Source of the DNA: a virus
Lineage: Duplodnaviria > Caudoviricetes
Reading direction: 5' to 3' (one strand)
Virus record (IMG/VR): IMGVR_UViG_3300024520_000442
Location: 1-25,901 of that record
DNA: 25,901 nucleotides
Below the pieces are notes generated by a model that searched no databases, had not been told where the DNA came from, and saw only the letters and a program-made list of their open reading frames with translations. How positions within the stretch are numbered: the stretch's first letter is position 1; every line of letters begins with the position of its first letter. Below, piece after piece: positions 15,677 to 24,792 of this stretch. A program made the position numbers and the translations under genes.

Positions 15677-16242
15677 CAGATTTTCCCGGCCTCCGTCTGC
15701 GGCATGCCCGCCGGCACGCCCTCGGGATACGCACCCGGCATGTCCCACATCTGACGGACGATATCGAGGATCGCCAGCCGGTACTCTTGGGGCACGTCGG
15801 ACGCCGCGGCACCGTGCCCCGACACATAGACAATCTGGATCCCGCCGAGATCCCCGCGGATCACAGGCCACGAAACCCCATAGGCACGTGCGATGCGACC
15901 GGGCTCCGTCGTGAGGTCCACCTGATACTGATCGGCCGCCCACGTCTGCGTGTCACCAGCGGCATCCACGTACGTGATCGAGGTTACAGACGCCAGCGGC
16001 GCATACGGTGGCTTGATCACGGCCTGCTCAACCGGCCACCAATCGAGCGTGTAACGGCGCGTGGTGTGGATGTACGACCGGCCGTTGTCCTGTTCCAGCC
16101 GCACGCGCGCAGCCGTGATGAACATCGCAATCCGCGTATCGAACGACGACCCACGGATGCCTGCGTAGTCCTTAGCCTCGTCGAGCGTCACCGGCTCGAC
16201 AGCCGGTGGCGTCACCACGACCAGCCCGGTAGCGCTACCCAT
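15676..16242 (-). CDS. Head-tail connector (phiE125 gp8 / HK97 gp6-like)
   Basis: PPAVEPVTLDEAK...PLASVTSITYVD...DVPQEYRLAIL signature. Confidence 0.9.
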   Translation of the reverse strand: MGSATGLVVVTPPAVEPVTLDEAKDYAGIRGSSFDTRIAMFITAARVRLEQDNGRSYIHTTRRYTLDWWPVEQAVIKPPYAPLASVTSITYVDAAGDTQTWAADQYQVDLTTEPGRIARAYGVSWPVIRGDLGGIQIVYVSGHGAAASDVPQEYRLAILDIVRQMWDMPGAYPEGVPAGMPQTEAGKI

Positions 16243-16597
16243 ATTCGATCACCACCACTGTAAAGACCCCGGTCTTCGCGTCGCCGCCGTTCGTCACCGC
16301 GATCTGCACCTGTTCGTCGGTCAGCACCACGTCCGAGTATACGTCACCAATCACCGTGCCGGCCGTGTCGTTGACCGTCGCCCGCGGGTGCACCGTTTTC
16401 GACGCGGTCACGTTTTCCTCGGTCCAGATCGTTTCCCCGCGATCCGCCGCTGTAATCGCAAAGTCCACTGTGTCCGCGTAGTCGGTCTTGGCATACTGGA
16501 TTGAATGCACGGTCCCCGTGAGCCGGGGCGATTTAGCGGTGACGGCCCCGCTACCGTTAGTCACCGCAGTGAGCGTGTGGCTCCTGGCACGTCCCAT
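16235..16597 (-). CDS. Hypothetical virion protein (120 aa, beta-sandwich-like)
   Basis: GGAGG RBS; Thr/Val/Gly-rich; within the head module. Confidence 0.65.
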   Translation of the reverse strand: MGRARSHTLTAVTNGSGAVTAKSPRLTGTVHSIQYAKTDYADTVDFAITAADRGETIWTEENVTASKTVHPRATVNDTAGTVIGDVYSDVVLTDEQVQIAVTNGGDAKTGVFTVVVIEYG

Positions 16598-16600
16598 CTG

Positions 16601-17131
16601 TCAGTCCTCCATCGCCCAGATACCGCCTTTACTCGTGACCGTCCATCCGGTCACGCCGTCACCGACTACCGTCAGGCAGTCGGTCACGAGGTCGGTGCCC
16701 TGCGTGTTTATAATGTCCTTGTCGTCGGCACCCGCGTTGATGTTGTCCGCGGGCGCAGGAGAGACGCTGAACCCGGTCACCGCGCTGACCACGCGGATGG
16801 CGAAATGGTAGACGAGCCCAGCCACCGTAGCCGGCAAGGTCGCCACGATATCCGCCGCATCCACGTAGAACAGCGTGCCGCTTTGCGCCGCGGTCAACGC
16901 CGTGTCCTCCGTCAGCGCCACGGCGTGCGGTGTGAATACCGTCCCCGCCTGGAAGTCGACGGCCCCACCATTCTCGACCGTCACCGTACCGCCGGCCTCC
17001 ACGGTGGCCACGGCCCCGCTCTTGATCTCGACCGCGCCGCCTGCATCGACGGATGCGGTCCCGCCATTGCCGACGTGCAACTGCTGCCCGTCCGGCGCCA
17101 AGTAGACCGGTGATGTGTCTCGCAGCGTCAC
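16601..17131 (-). CDS. Putative head fibre/decoration protein with 8-aa Gly repeats
   Basis: VGNGGTAS-VDAGGAVE-IKSGAVAT-VEAGGTVT-VENGGAVD repeats, then LTAAQSG...TLPATVAGLVYHF; GTGA coupling. Confidence 0.65.
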   Translation of the reverse strand: MTLRDTSPVYLAPDGQQLHVGNGGTASVDAGGAVEIKSGAVATVEAGGTVTVENGGAVDFQAGTVFTPHAVALTEDTALTAAQSGTLFYVDAADIVATLPATVAGLVYHFAIRVVSAVTGFSVSPAPADNINAGADDKDIINTQGTDLVTDCLTVVGDGVTGWTVTSKGGIWAMED

Positions 17132-18003
17132 GCAGCACCGCGCTGTCTCGAGATCGCCAGACCATGCACGCCCACGATCTTGGCAGCCGCCTCGCCGTCG
17201 GCCATGACACCGACATACGGAATCAGGTCAATGGCATCTGTGAGCGCGGCGCTCGTCTCGACAAGCACCCCGTTGATATACATCTGGGCCGTCCGGTCGC
17301 TCTGGATGTCGATCACCAAGTGATACAACGTAGACGCGGCCACCGTCACACCGGAATCCGCCGCGTCGTCCGAATCGGCAATCGAGCTGATCGCCTGCCA
17401 CCCGCCACTGTTGACCCCGTTCTGGTAACGGAAAAAACACTGGTTGGCGTCGGTCGCGGTCACCGGCACATTCGTCAACTTGAGCCCCGCCCAAATGGTC
17501 ATGTTCGTGATGGCCGCCTGAGTCTCGAGGATGGCCTCCCACCGCGTCTGGCGATCCGTGCCCCACGTGTAGAGGTTCCACGGGCTGATGTAGGACGCCG
17601 CGAGGTTCGGCAGCAGGATCACTTGGTCGTCGTCGGCGCCCGCCGTAGTCAGCAGGATTCCGCCTTCTGCGTCCTGCGTCACGCTGGCCGAAATCGCGTT
17701 CGTGCCCAGGATCTCGAAATCCGGATCCGTCAGCAGGGCCGTGCCAAGGTCGGCATCATGGTCCGCCTGCAGGCCTGGCTTGCCGTGTGTGTTCGCGATC
17801 CATTTCAGATTGATCCGATCGCCGAGGCCCTCTTGCTCAAAATAGTCGCCGCTCATCTTCAGGACGGCAGCGCGGCGAGCGGCGACGTAGCTGAGGGATC
17901 CATCGGGGGCAGAGCCGATCTGCAGGTCGGCGCCGTCCTTCAGACGGAGTACGTCACCGCCGTTGATCCCGGCCGGCCCAAACACTTTCGGGGTTGCTGT
18001 CAT
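17128..18003 (-). CDS. Hypothetical virion protein, possible ConA/LamG-like beta-sandwich (291 aa)
   Basis: ATG at 18003 with GGAG RBS; C-terminal YHLVIDI...AQMYINGVLV resembles a LamG/ConA-like strand pattern. Confidence 0.6.
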   Translation of the reverse strand: MTATPKVFGPAGINGGDVLRLKDGADLQIGSAPDGSLSYVAARRAAVLKMSGDYFEQEGLGDRINLKWIANTHGKPGLQADHDADLGTALLTDPDFEILGTNAISASVTQDAEGGILLTTAGADDDQVILLPNLAASYISPWNLYTWGTDRQTRWEAILETQAAITNMTIWAGLKLTNVPVTATDANQCFFRYQNGVNSGGWQAISSIADSDDAADSGVTVAASTLYHLVIDIQSDRTAQMYINGVLVETSAALTDAIDLIPYVGVMADGEAAAKIVGVHGLAISRQRGAA

Positions 18004-18081
18004 AGTACGTTTCTCCACTGCGTACGTGGGCCGGACAGCCTTTCACCCGCGCTGCCCGGCCCACTGCACGGTGATGCCGGT

Positions 18082-18528
18082 CTACGCATCCGCCGGCGAG
18101 ATCGCGGCCAACGACGTGACGGAGTTCGCCACGTCCTGCTCAATGACGCCGTCCCGGAGTTTGGACCGGATGGCGTAGATTTCGCCGATACTCACATCCT
18201 CGTCCGTACGTGTGATGGTGCAACGGAGATAGTTGTCCGTCACCTTCGGCACGTACACGTCGCTCACAAACGTCTGGCCATCGTCGTCGGCAGCCACGCT
18301 GTGCGTCACGCCGTCGACCTCTGCCCAGCTACTATTGTCGGCCGACGCCTCGACCTTCATCGTAGTGGTCGCGCCGGCCGTGATGGCCGGAAACGTGGTA
18401 ACGAAAGTAACCTCTTCCGTACCACCGTCCGCCGACATATTGATCGAATCCGAATTGACCTCGGTCTGCGCCGCGGCGCTCGCAGCCTTGACCTTGGTAA
18501 TCCGGTTACTTTCTGTGAAATACCTCAT
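18082..18528 (-). CDS. Putative capsid decoration (cement-like) protein
   Basis: ATG at 18528 with GGAG 8 nt upstream; immediately after the capsid gene; KVEASADNSSWAEV...YLRCTIT beta-jellyroll-like pattern. Confidence 0.65.
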   Translation of the reverse strand: MRYFTESNRITKVKAASAAAQTEVNSDSINMSADGGTEEVTFVTTFPAITAGATTTMKVEASADNSSWAEVDGVTHSVAADDDGQTFVSDVYVPKVTDNYLRCTITRTDEDVSIGEIYAIRSKLRDGVIEQDVANSVTSLAAISPADA

Positions 18529-18558
18529 GTCCAACACTCCCAAAAAAGGGACACACTG

Positions 18559-18610
18559 ACAACGCCGTCAGCAGGAACTCCGAACAACGCCGTCAGCAGG
18601 AACTCCGAAC
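18559..18610. repeat. Perfect 25-bp tandem duplication directly after the capsid stop codon
   Basis: ACAACGCCGTCAGCAGGAACTCCGA at 18559-18583 and 18584-18608, plus 2 nt of a third copy. Confidence 0.9.
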
Positions 18611-20019
18611 TAAGCGGCCATCGTCAGCTTCTTGATGGGCTTGGTACCCGCGTCCAGCGTCGCGCCGTCCGCCCGCTCAACCGCCATATAGCCCACCTGA
18701 TTGGCCGTGGCGAACCGCTCAAACAACCTGTGCAGCGTCAGGCCGGCGACCGTCCTAACGTGGTATTTGTTGAGCTGTCCGAAGATCAGCGCGTCAGTGG
18801 CAGACCCGATCTCCGGCATGTTGTTGTTGATGCTCATCGGGTAGCCGAGCAATGTGGCCGGAATGCCCAACTGCAGGCCCGGCTGGAACATATACTGCCC
18901 GTCGCCAGTCTTGAACTTGCGGATGTGCTCGAGCGTCGTGTCGTGCAGCATCCAGCCGACGCTCGGTGCCTCGCGGTAAGCGACGTCGACCGAATGGATC
19001 AGGGACACCAGTTCGTCCGGCTGGATCTCCGAAGCGCTGGACGCCGTCACGCCTGCACCGGCGTCGGTCACGATCCCGCGCGGCTGCCCGGACCCCGTGC
19101 CCGTGGTGAAGTACGCGTTCTGACCGCGGGCCAGGCTGGTAGCCAGGTGCTCCGCGAGCAGCGCGTTCATATCAAAGTGGCTGTCTTGGATCAGCCGATT
19201 CGGAACCAGCACGATACCCGTCGTGAACTCGTGCGCGCGGAACGTGACCGAGCTGTAGCTCGGGTCGTTGCCGGTCGTCGAGGTTTCCTTGTTCTCGCCG
19301 ATGATCGTTGCGACCTGGCTCGTGCCGTCCATCGTCGGCCAGGTGATGTCCTCGCCGGTCGCCGTGCGCAGTGGCGACGCCACGCGCTGCACGGATCCGA
19401 TGAACAGCTTGTTCACCTCGATCATGTCGATAAAGCCGGGCGGAACCATGACCCCACCTGAACCACCGGCCAGCGTGGACAGCGCGCGGCTGTATGCCAC
19501 GGTCGGATGCATCGTCCGGTAGGCGTGCTGTGCCAAGCGGATAGCCGCGTTGCTGAGCACGTCCACGGCGATCACATCCTGAGCCAGATCCATGCCAACA
19601 CGGTCGGCGGCCGCGCGCTCGGGTTTCGTCGCGGAATCGAGGCGCGTGGGCGCGCACCGAGACCAGCCGGCGATCGCGGCGCTCTGGTCGCGCTGGCTCG
19701 CGGTGATCCGTTCAACGTCGTCCGGTTCCGGATCCGTCTGCATCGTCAACGGGTGCTTGACCACCGCCGCCTGGTGGCGATCGATTTCGGTCGCGCGTTC
19801 GAGCGCCGTCGCCCGTTCCGATTCGCTCGCGCGGTCCGCGTCAATCTCCACGGTCAACACCTTGTAACGGTTGGCGCCCAGGTCAAAGGCACTCGACTCT
19901 TCGGGCGTCCAGTCCCGGGCTGCGGTCTCGCCGTCACCCTCGAGGATCTGGCTCAGCGTCTTGACCTCGGCCGCCACCTTGGCCCGCTTCTCGATCTTCT
20001 CTGCTAGCGTGATAGGCAT
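18610..20019 (-). CDS. Major capsid protein, HK97 family (469 aa, with an N-terminal delta/scaffold domain)
   Basis: Coiled-coil N-terminus, GGVMVPPGF, GTGSGQPRGI, KFKTGDGQYMFQPGL...TLLGYP, NQVGYMAVERADG; AGGAG RBS. Confidence 0.97.
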   Translation of the reverse strand: MPITLAEKIEKRAKVAAEVKTLSQILEGDGETAARDWTPEESSAFDLGANRYKVLTVEIDADRASESERATALERATEIDRHQAAVVKHPLTMQTDPEPDDVERITASQRDQSAAIAGWSRCAPTRLDSATKPERAAADRVGMDLAQDVIAVDVLSNAAIRLAQHAYRTMHPTVAYSRALSTLAGGSGGVMVPPGFIDMIEVNKLFIGSVQRVASPLRTATGEDITWPTMDGTSQVATIIGENKETSTTGNDPSYSSVTFRAHEFTTGIVLVPNRLIQDSHFDMNALLAEHLATSLARGQNAYFTTGTGSGQPRGIVTDAGAGVTASSASEIQPDELVSLIHSVDVAYREAPSVGWMLHDTTLEHIRKFKTGDGQYMFQPGLQLGIPATLLGYPMSINNNMPEIGSATDALIFGQLNKYHVRTVAGLTLHRLFERFATANQVGYMAVERADGATLDAGTKPIKKLTMAA

Positions 20020-20227
20020 GCTAGACTCCTATGTTTAGGTATGCCGGCGCTAGCGTCTTGTGGATGTAGGCAACGCACGCGCTGGCGGTCAGTACACCAA
20101 CGGGACAGGTACGTTGCCCGATAGTCGGACTTGTGTCTGTCTGTCTGACATCCGGGCCGGCGATAGTCGCCAGACCGGACATCGATCTCGCCGCATTCTA
20201 CGCCGGCATCATGGGACCGCAACCCCG
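20020..20227 (-). promoter_or_regulatory. Structured capsid-gene leader with a candidate promoter
   Basis: TTGCGG-N16-TAGAAT (20222-20195); two hairpins with the same CGACTATCG apex (20119-20127, 20161-20169); GGCAACG/CGTTGCC stem enclosing a further hairpin. Confidence 0.55.
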
Positions 20228-20914
20228 TCAGATGCCAGCATCGGCGATTACCGACATAGCCCGGACGCGGTTCGCTATTGCGGCGCGCTCTGCGTCGCGG
20301 CCCGCGACCCATTTCCGGACAAGCTCGTGGACCGGATCCGCCCCGCCAGCCGCCCGGCCCGATTCCATGGCCGCGGTAGTCCCGGTGTAGGCCGGGCGCA
20401 CGACCGGCCCCACGTCGTCCACTGTGACCGCGGTGTGCGTTAGGATCGTCGGCACGTCCTCGCTGTCGACAACCGGCTCATCCACGTCGTAGGACCGCGG
20501 GAAGAACGTCAGGCTGGAGCCCTGGATGTCCCGGCGTGAAACCTGTTCGCGGATATCGTCGCCGAGCGGCGAGCGGGGTAGGTCGATCTCGTATCGCAGC
20601 CCTACGTCGTCCTCCCGGAGCCGGAGCGTATCGGCCGCCGTCCGGCCCAGCAGTTTCGACATGTCGTGCTGGAACAAGCCCAGGACATCGTCCTTGGCTA
20701 TGCTCTCGCCGAAGGATCCGGGGGCGAACCGCTCGACGATCCCCCAGCCGAGATCGTATTCAGTCCCCGGGGTGCCGTCGTAGAATACCGCGGCGTACCC
20801 CGACAGCACGCGCTGGTCTTCGGAATCCGAAACCTCGGGCTGCCGCTCGGGCGCCAGCGGTGCATCACGTGTCACACGCACGCCCGGCCGTAACTCCAGG
20901 TTAGCCTTGCCCAT
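20228..20914 (-). CDS. Prohead (maturation) protease, HK97 family
   Basis: LSGYAAVF, ERFAPGSF, VLGLFQHD...LLGRT (catalytic His), GSSLTF (catalytic Ser), VGPVVRPAY; GGAGG RBS favours ATG at 20914. Confidence 0.95.
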   Translation of the reverse strand: MGKANLELRPGVRVTRDAPLAPERQPEVSDSEDQRVLSGYAAVFYDGTPGTEYDLGWGIVERFAPGSFGESIAKDDVLGLFQHDMSKLLGRTAADTLRLREDDVGLRYEIDLPRSPLGDDIREQVSRRDIQGSSLTFFPRSYDVDEPVVDSEDVPTILTHTAVTVDDVGPVVRPAYTGTTAAMESGRAAGGADPVHELVRKWVAGRDAERAAIANRVRAMSVIADAGI

Positions 20915-22592
20915 CATAACCTCCTTCTATGGCGGTACTTATGGCCGTCACCACCTCGGCGACCAGCAATGCTATCGCCTGGTTTCGCGTTTCGTTGTTC
21001 GGCATGGCGGCAATCCGCGGCAGGGCCGCGAGCGCACCCGTGCGTACGAGGGTCGTCGCATGCTCGACCACCGGCTCTACGTCCGCATCCTCGCGGCGCG
21101 CAAGCACAAGCATGGCTGCGATTGACGGCGCCAGCATCTCAGCCGCTCGCAGCCCGTTTCGCACAAACGCCTTGCCCTCCGACCAGTCGACGATGGACGT
21201 CCCCGCGTCGATCGCCCGGCAGCCGTCCCACACGTAGCGCCTAACAGCTCGCAGCGTTGCGTCGGCCAGCACCGCCCCCATAGCACGGCGCCACTCAGCG
21301 ACAGGTTCCCGACGTGGCGCCGGAGCGATCAAGGCCGCGCGGCCCGCGGCGTCCTTATCGGCTGCCGCGCCCGGTAGCGCAAGCGCATCGTCCGCCGGCG
21401 CCAGCGGGGCGTTTGGCGTTGGCAAGTGTGCCCCAGCCCCATCGGGCAAGGGTGGCATGCCCTCGCCCGCGCGGGCCTCGTCGACCGTCATAAACGCGGC
21501 ACCGCCTAGGGCCAGGCGCAGGAACGTCCCGCGCGCAACAGCATCCACCAGCACAAGCTGACGCCGATCGAAGCGGAACACGTACTCATCGGACGCCCGT
21601 TGCTCGTCGGTCAACAGCTTCTCGTACTCTTCCTCCCACGCTCGCAGGTGCACGTCGAGCGCATCGAGGTACGTCCGGGCTTCCACCTCGAGCGACGCGC
21701 GGGCCGTGCGCGTCGTGTCGCCAAGCAAATGGGGCGGCAGCCCGAACCACGTAGCCACGTCCCGGATCTGGTGCTCTCTCGCCTGCAACAGTTGGGCATC
21801 CTGCGGTGATATCCCCACCGTCTTGACGGACGTGCCCTTGGGCATGATGGCCACCCTGAACCGTTTATCAACGCCCCGGTGCATGTTCTCCCAGTCGAGT
21901 TTCATATCGTCTCGATCTGGTTTGTTGAGTTTGTGCTCTGTCTCGAGGCAGATCCCCGGCATGGAGCCGTTGCCGTAGAACCTCCCGCAGTGGTCCTCGG
22001 CGGCCAGCGTGATGCCGAAAGCGTTTGTGGCGTACTGGACTAGGCTGTAGCCGGACAACGTATCGGCGCCGAGCCCGCGAATGTGCAGTATCTCGCTGGC
22101 CTGGATCCGCCATATGCCGTCGGTCGTCGTAATGACGTACCAGGGTTCGCCGTCCGCGCGCACGGGCCGCACGCTCTGCGGATCCAGCACCGTTAGCTGT
22201 GACGGTGCGCCGCTCTCATCGCGATCGATGAACGCATAACCGTTGCCCGTCAGCAGTCGGGCCGCGTGCATCGTCTGCCGAAACACCATGGCCGAAACGT
22301 ACTTGGTAGGCCGGCTGTTGACCAAGCGGTAGGCCGGGTGCTCCGTGGCCCGCACCGGACCGGTCGGCGTCTTGCGGTGCAGCACCATCTCGAGCCGGCC
22401 GACGTCGTCGCTAATCTTGGAGACGCCGCGGAAAACAGCGGCCAGCGTCAGCGCCGTTTCGCGCGTGACGGTCACGCCTGAGATTGCGGATGTCCCGGAG
22501 GCCTGGAGGTTCGCCCAGGTGATCGGTGTGTTCGGGTCTTCGACGGAGGCTCGGCTCAGCCACGTATTGATCCAGGAACGTATCGAGACCAT
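20901..22592 (-). CDS. Portal protein, HK97 family, with a C-terminal extension (563 aa)
   Basis: AVFRGVSKISDDVG, LLTGNGYAFI, EILHIRG...GYS, FYGNGSMPG, DAQLLQAR...VATWFGLPPHLLG, MTVDEAR. Confidence 0.96.
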   Translation of the reverse strand: MVSIRSWINTWLSRASVEDPNTPITWANLQASGTSAISGVTVTRETALTLAAVFRGVSKISDDVGRLEMVLHRKTPTGPVRATEHPAYRLVNSRPTKYVSAMVFRQTMHAARLLTGNGYAFIDRDESGAPSQLTVLDPQSVRPVRADGEPWYVITTTDGIWRIQASEILHIRGLGADTLSGYSLVQYATNAFGITLAAEDHCGRFYGNGSMPGICLETEHKLNKPDRDDMKLDWENMHRGVDKRFRVAIMPKGTSVKTVGISPQDAQLLQAREHQIRDVATWFGLPPHLLGDTTRTARASLEVEARTYLDALDVHLRAWEEEYEKLLTDEQRASDEYVFRFDRRQLVLVDAVARGTFLRLALGGAAFMTVDEARAGEGMPPLPDGAGAHLPTPNAPLAPADDALALPGAAADKDAAGRAALIAPAPRREPVAEWRRAMGAVLADATLRAVRRYVWDGCRAIDAGTSIVDWSEGKAFVRNGLRAAEMLAPSIAAMLVLARREDADVEPVVEHATTLVRTGALAALPRIAAMPNNETRNQAIALLVAEVVTAISTAIEGGYDGQG

Positions 22593-22610
22593 GGCCGGCC
22601 CTCCAGTTGC

Positions 22611-24377
22611 CTAGAGCGATGTTATACGGTCCACAGGCCCCACGTCAACATAAACGTCCGCACGGGACAGGGCGAGCAGCGTCGTAATCACGCCGTCGAT
22701 GGCACCACGGCCGCCCTTCGCCCGCTTGCGCGGGAACATCCGCCCGCCCGCATCTCGGTAGACGGACACGTTGCCAACCATCCAGCGTAGTATCGGGTCG
22801 TCCTCGTGCAGCATCTTTCCGCCGGCCAGCAGCACCTCGAGCCGATGGCACGGCCCGGTCATGTTGGCAGCGTTCATCCGGTGCGGGACCATCGTCAGAC
22901 CGTCGTTGCTCAGTTGCCCGGAGAGCTGAATCCCCTGGAACGTGAAGTCGACCGCCACCTCGCGGATGCTGTACTGGTTCCACAGGCAGGCGTCGACCGA
23001 CGTCTCGTCCGGCAGCATCCCCGTAAGATCCCGTCGGATGCTCTCGTAATCGACGACCCCGCCTGGCGTCACGTTCACCCGGCCCTGTCGTTTCCACACA
23101 CCCCACAGCGTAGCCCACTCGCCACGCATCTCCGCAATGCTCTCCTCCGGCATCCAGTACCACACACGGACCGCGTACCGGCCGGCCAACGGCCAGAGCA
23201 GCGTGAATGCCGTCACATCCATATTCGCCGATAGGTCCAGGCCGCCGAAGCACGGGACGCGCTTCAAGTCCGATTCCTTTATCTCGCCCTCGCAGACATC
23301 CCATTGCGGCACCGACAACCAGGCCTCCGCTTGCTGCGTCCGGATGTTCAGTTGCAGACGCAGGAACTTGTTAAGCTCCCCGGGGATCGCCGCGGCCTTG
23401 AGCGCCTCACGCGCCACGAACTCGGGATCGAGCGCCGCGCCAAAGTTCGGGTTCGCCGTGCGCCAGGTCTCTTCGGCTGCCCAGTCGTCGGCCTTCGCCG
23501 CTTCCCAAATCACCGGAAGGAAAGCGACGTCCGCCGCTGTCCCGTTCAACAGCATATGCGCGTAGTCGTGCTTCTCATTGCACACGGACTCGCGTTCATG
23601 GTCAGCCGTGCTCAGGTGCACCTGCAGCGAGTTCGTCCGGGCACCCATGGAGGACGTCATGGCGTCCACCATGTCCCGCGTTTTGTGCGTGTGCAATTCG
23701 TCCGAGATGAGGGTGCTCGCGTTGTGCCCGTGCTGTCCAGTTGCGTCACTCGCAAGCACTTGCCAGAAGCCACGGTTCCCGCGCGGCCCCCGCGTTTCTC
23801 GATATCGTATGGACTTCTGATAGCCAACCAGGCGAGAGCTAATCGACTTTGGCGCGTCGTCGACCATCGCCTTGGCGATCTCGAATACGATAGCAGCCTG
23901 CTCTTTCGTCGAGGCAATCGAGAAGATTCGCGGCGCTTTCTCCGGCTCGACCACGAGCATGTACAGCGCGATGCCAGCGGCCAGCGTGGTCTTGCCGTTT
24001 TTCCGCGGGACGTAGACGAACGTCTCGCGGTACCGCCGGCGACCGTTAGGCCGGAGCCACCCGAACAGATTGCCGATAACTGCTTGCTGCCACCGCTCGA
24101 GTTCGAACGGGCGCCCTGCATAGTCGCCCTCGATGTGCCGCAGGACGGACGGGAAAAACCGGAACACCACGTCCGCGGCCTCCGGTGAAAAGCGGGTATC
24201 CTCGCGCGTGGCGATCGGGTCGTAGTTTGGGATACCCGGCCATGACGTGCCGTCTGGATCCGCGCCGCCGCAGAGCACGAGCCGCCAGCGGGCCACTTGA
24301 TCCGCCGTCAGCCCGTGCCCCGCAACCAGCCAATCATCTGACCATTGCCGGTCGTCGTAGGAATTCGGTCCCGGCAT
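22611..24377 (-). CDS. terL: Terminase large subunit
   Basis: Walker A VPRKNGKT, Walker B LISDELH, coupling motif LSTA, ANPNFG, nuclease GLDLS and IDG. Start is ATG 24377 or TTG 24419. Confidence 0.97.
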   Translation of the reverse strand: MPGPNSYDDRQWSDDWLVAGHGLTADQVARWRLVLCGGADPDGTSWPGIPNYDPIATREDTRFSPEAADVVFRFFPSVLRHIEGDYAGRPFELERWQQAVIGNLFGWLRPNGRRRYRETFVYVPRKNGKTTLAAGIALYMLVVEPEKAPRIFSIASTKEQAAIVFEIAKAMVDDAPKSISSRLVGYQKSIRYRETRGPRGNRGFWQVLASDATGQHGHNASTLISDELHTHKTRDMVDAMTSSMGARTNSLQVHLSTADHERESVCNEKHDYAHMLLNGTAADVAFLPVIWEAAKADDWAAEETWRTANPNFGAALDPEFVAREALKAAAIPGELNKFLRLQLNIRTQQAEAWLSVPQWDVCEGEIKESDLKRVPCFGGLDLSANMDVTAFTLLWPLAGRYAVRVWYWMPEESIAEMRGEWATLWGVWKRQGRVNVTPGGVVDYESIRRDLTGMLPDETSVDACLWNQYSIREVAVDFTFQGIQLSGQLSNDGLTMVPHRMNAANMTGPCHRLEVLLAGGKMLHEDDPILRWMVGNVSVYRDAGGRMFPRKRAKGGRGAIDGVITTLLALSRADVYVDVGPVDRITSL

Positions 24378-24792
24378 CAGCCTCTTCCGCCGCCTCGGCC
24401 TGCACACGCTTTCGGTCAACGGGGGTCAAGCCGAGAAGTGATGCCGCGCGTACGAGCCGCCGGAAGGCGTTGTCCCGGATCCTAATCAGCGGAGACGGTA
24501 ACTCGCGACCGGCATCTGTCACCGTCAGCAGCTCGAGCGGGTGCATCGCCTCGATGGTATCGGACACTTTGAGGAATTCGCCCCACGCCTGGCAGTACGC
24601 CACGAACGTAGAAACGTCGCCCTGCGTTAGTACACCGCTGTCGTGCAGCATCGGAGCCAGTCGCTTGAACTCGCGCTTGGCCTCTGGCCGCAACCACTTC
24701 GGGCAGCTCGGAGGCGCGTCTGCCGAAGGCATCTTGAGGCCGGGCAAAACCGGCCGCGGCTTGGGTCCGCGTGTACCTGGTTTCTTTTCCAT
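24334..24792 (-). CDS. terS: Terminase small subunit, P27 family (152 aa)
   Basis: RGPKPRP...PSCPKWLRPEAKREFKRL...D...FVAYCQAW...LGLTPVDR signature; ATG at 24792 in TGATG overlap. Confidence 0.92.
   Translation of the reverse strand: MEKKPGTRGPKPRPVLPGLKMPSADAPPSCPKWLRPEAKREFKRLAPMLHDSGVLTQGDVSTFVAYCQAWGEFLKVSDTIEAMHPLELLTVTDAGRELPSPLIRIRDNAFRRLVRAASLLGLTPVDRKRVQAEAAEEADAGTEFLRRPAMVR

Noticed and set aside
14294-15943. Long N-terminal extensions on the ORF-track calls 14294..15127, 14745..15833 and 15296..15943
   Set aside because: They overlap upstream genes in other frames; internal ATGs at 14743, 15296 and 15676 give coupled starts that match the family N-termini.
18559-18610. 25-bp repeat as a mini CRISPR array or capsid read-through extension
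   Set aside because: The copies are adjacent with no spacer and there are no cas genes; read-through of the capsid TAG hits a TGA after 13 codons and does not fuse to the next gene.
17053-19461. 802-aa plus-strand ORF
   Set aside because: Antisense shadow of the capsid and decoration genes; Arg/His-rich with no motifs, as expected from GC-rich codon bias.
20004-20312. 102-aa minus-strand ORF across the capsid leader
   Set aside because: It overlaps both the protease and capsid genes, has no recognisable motif and no clear RBS; the region is better explained as regulatory.
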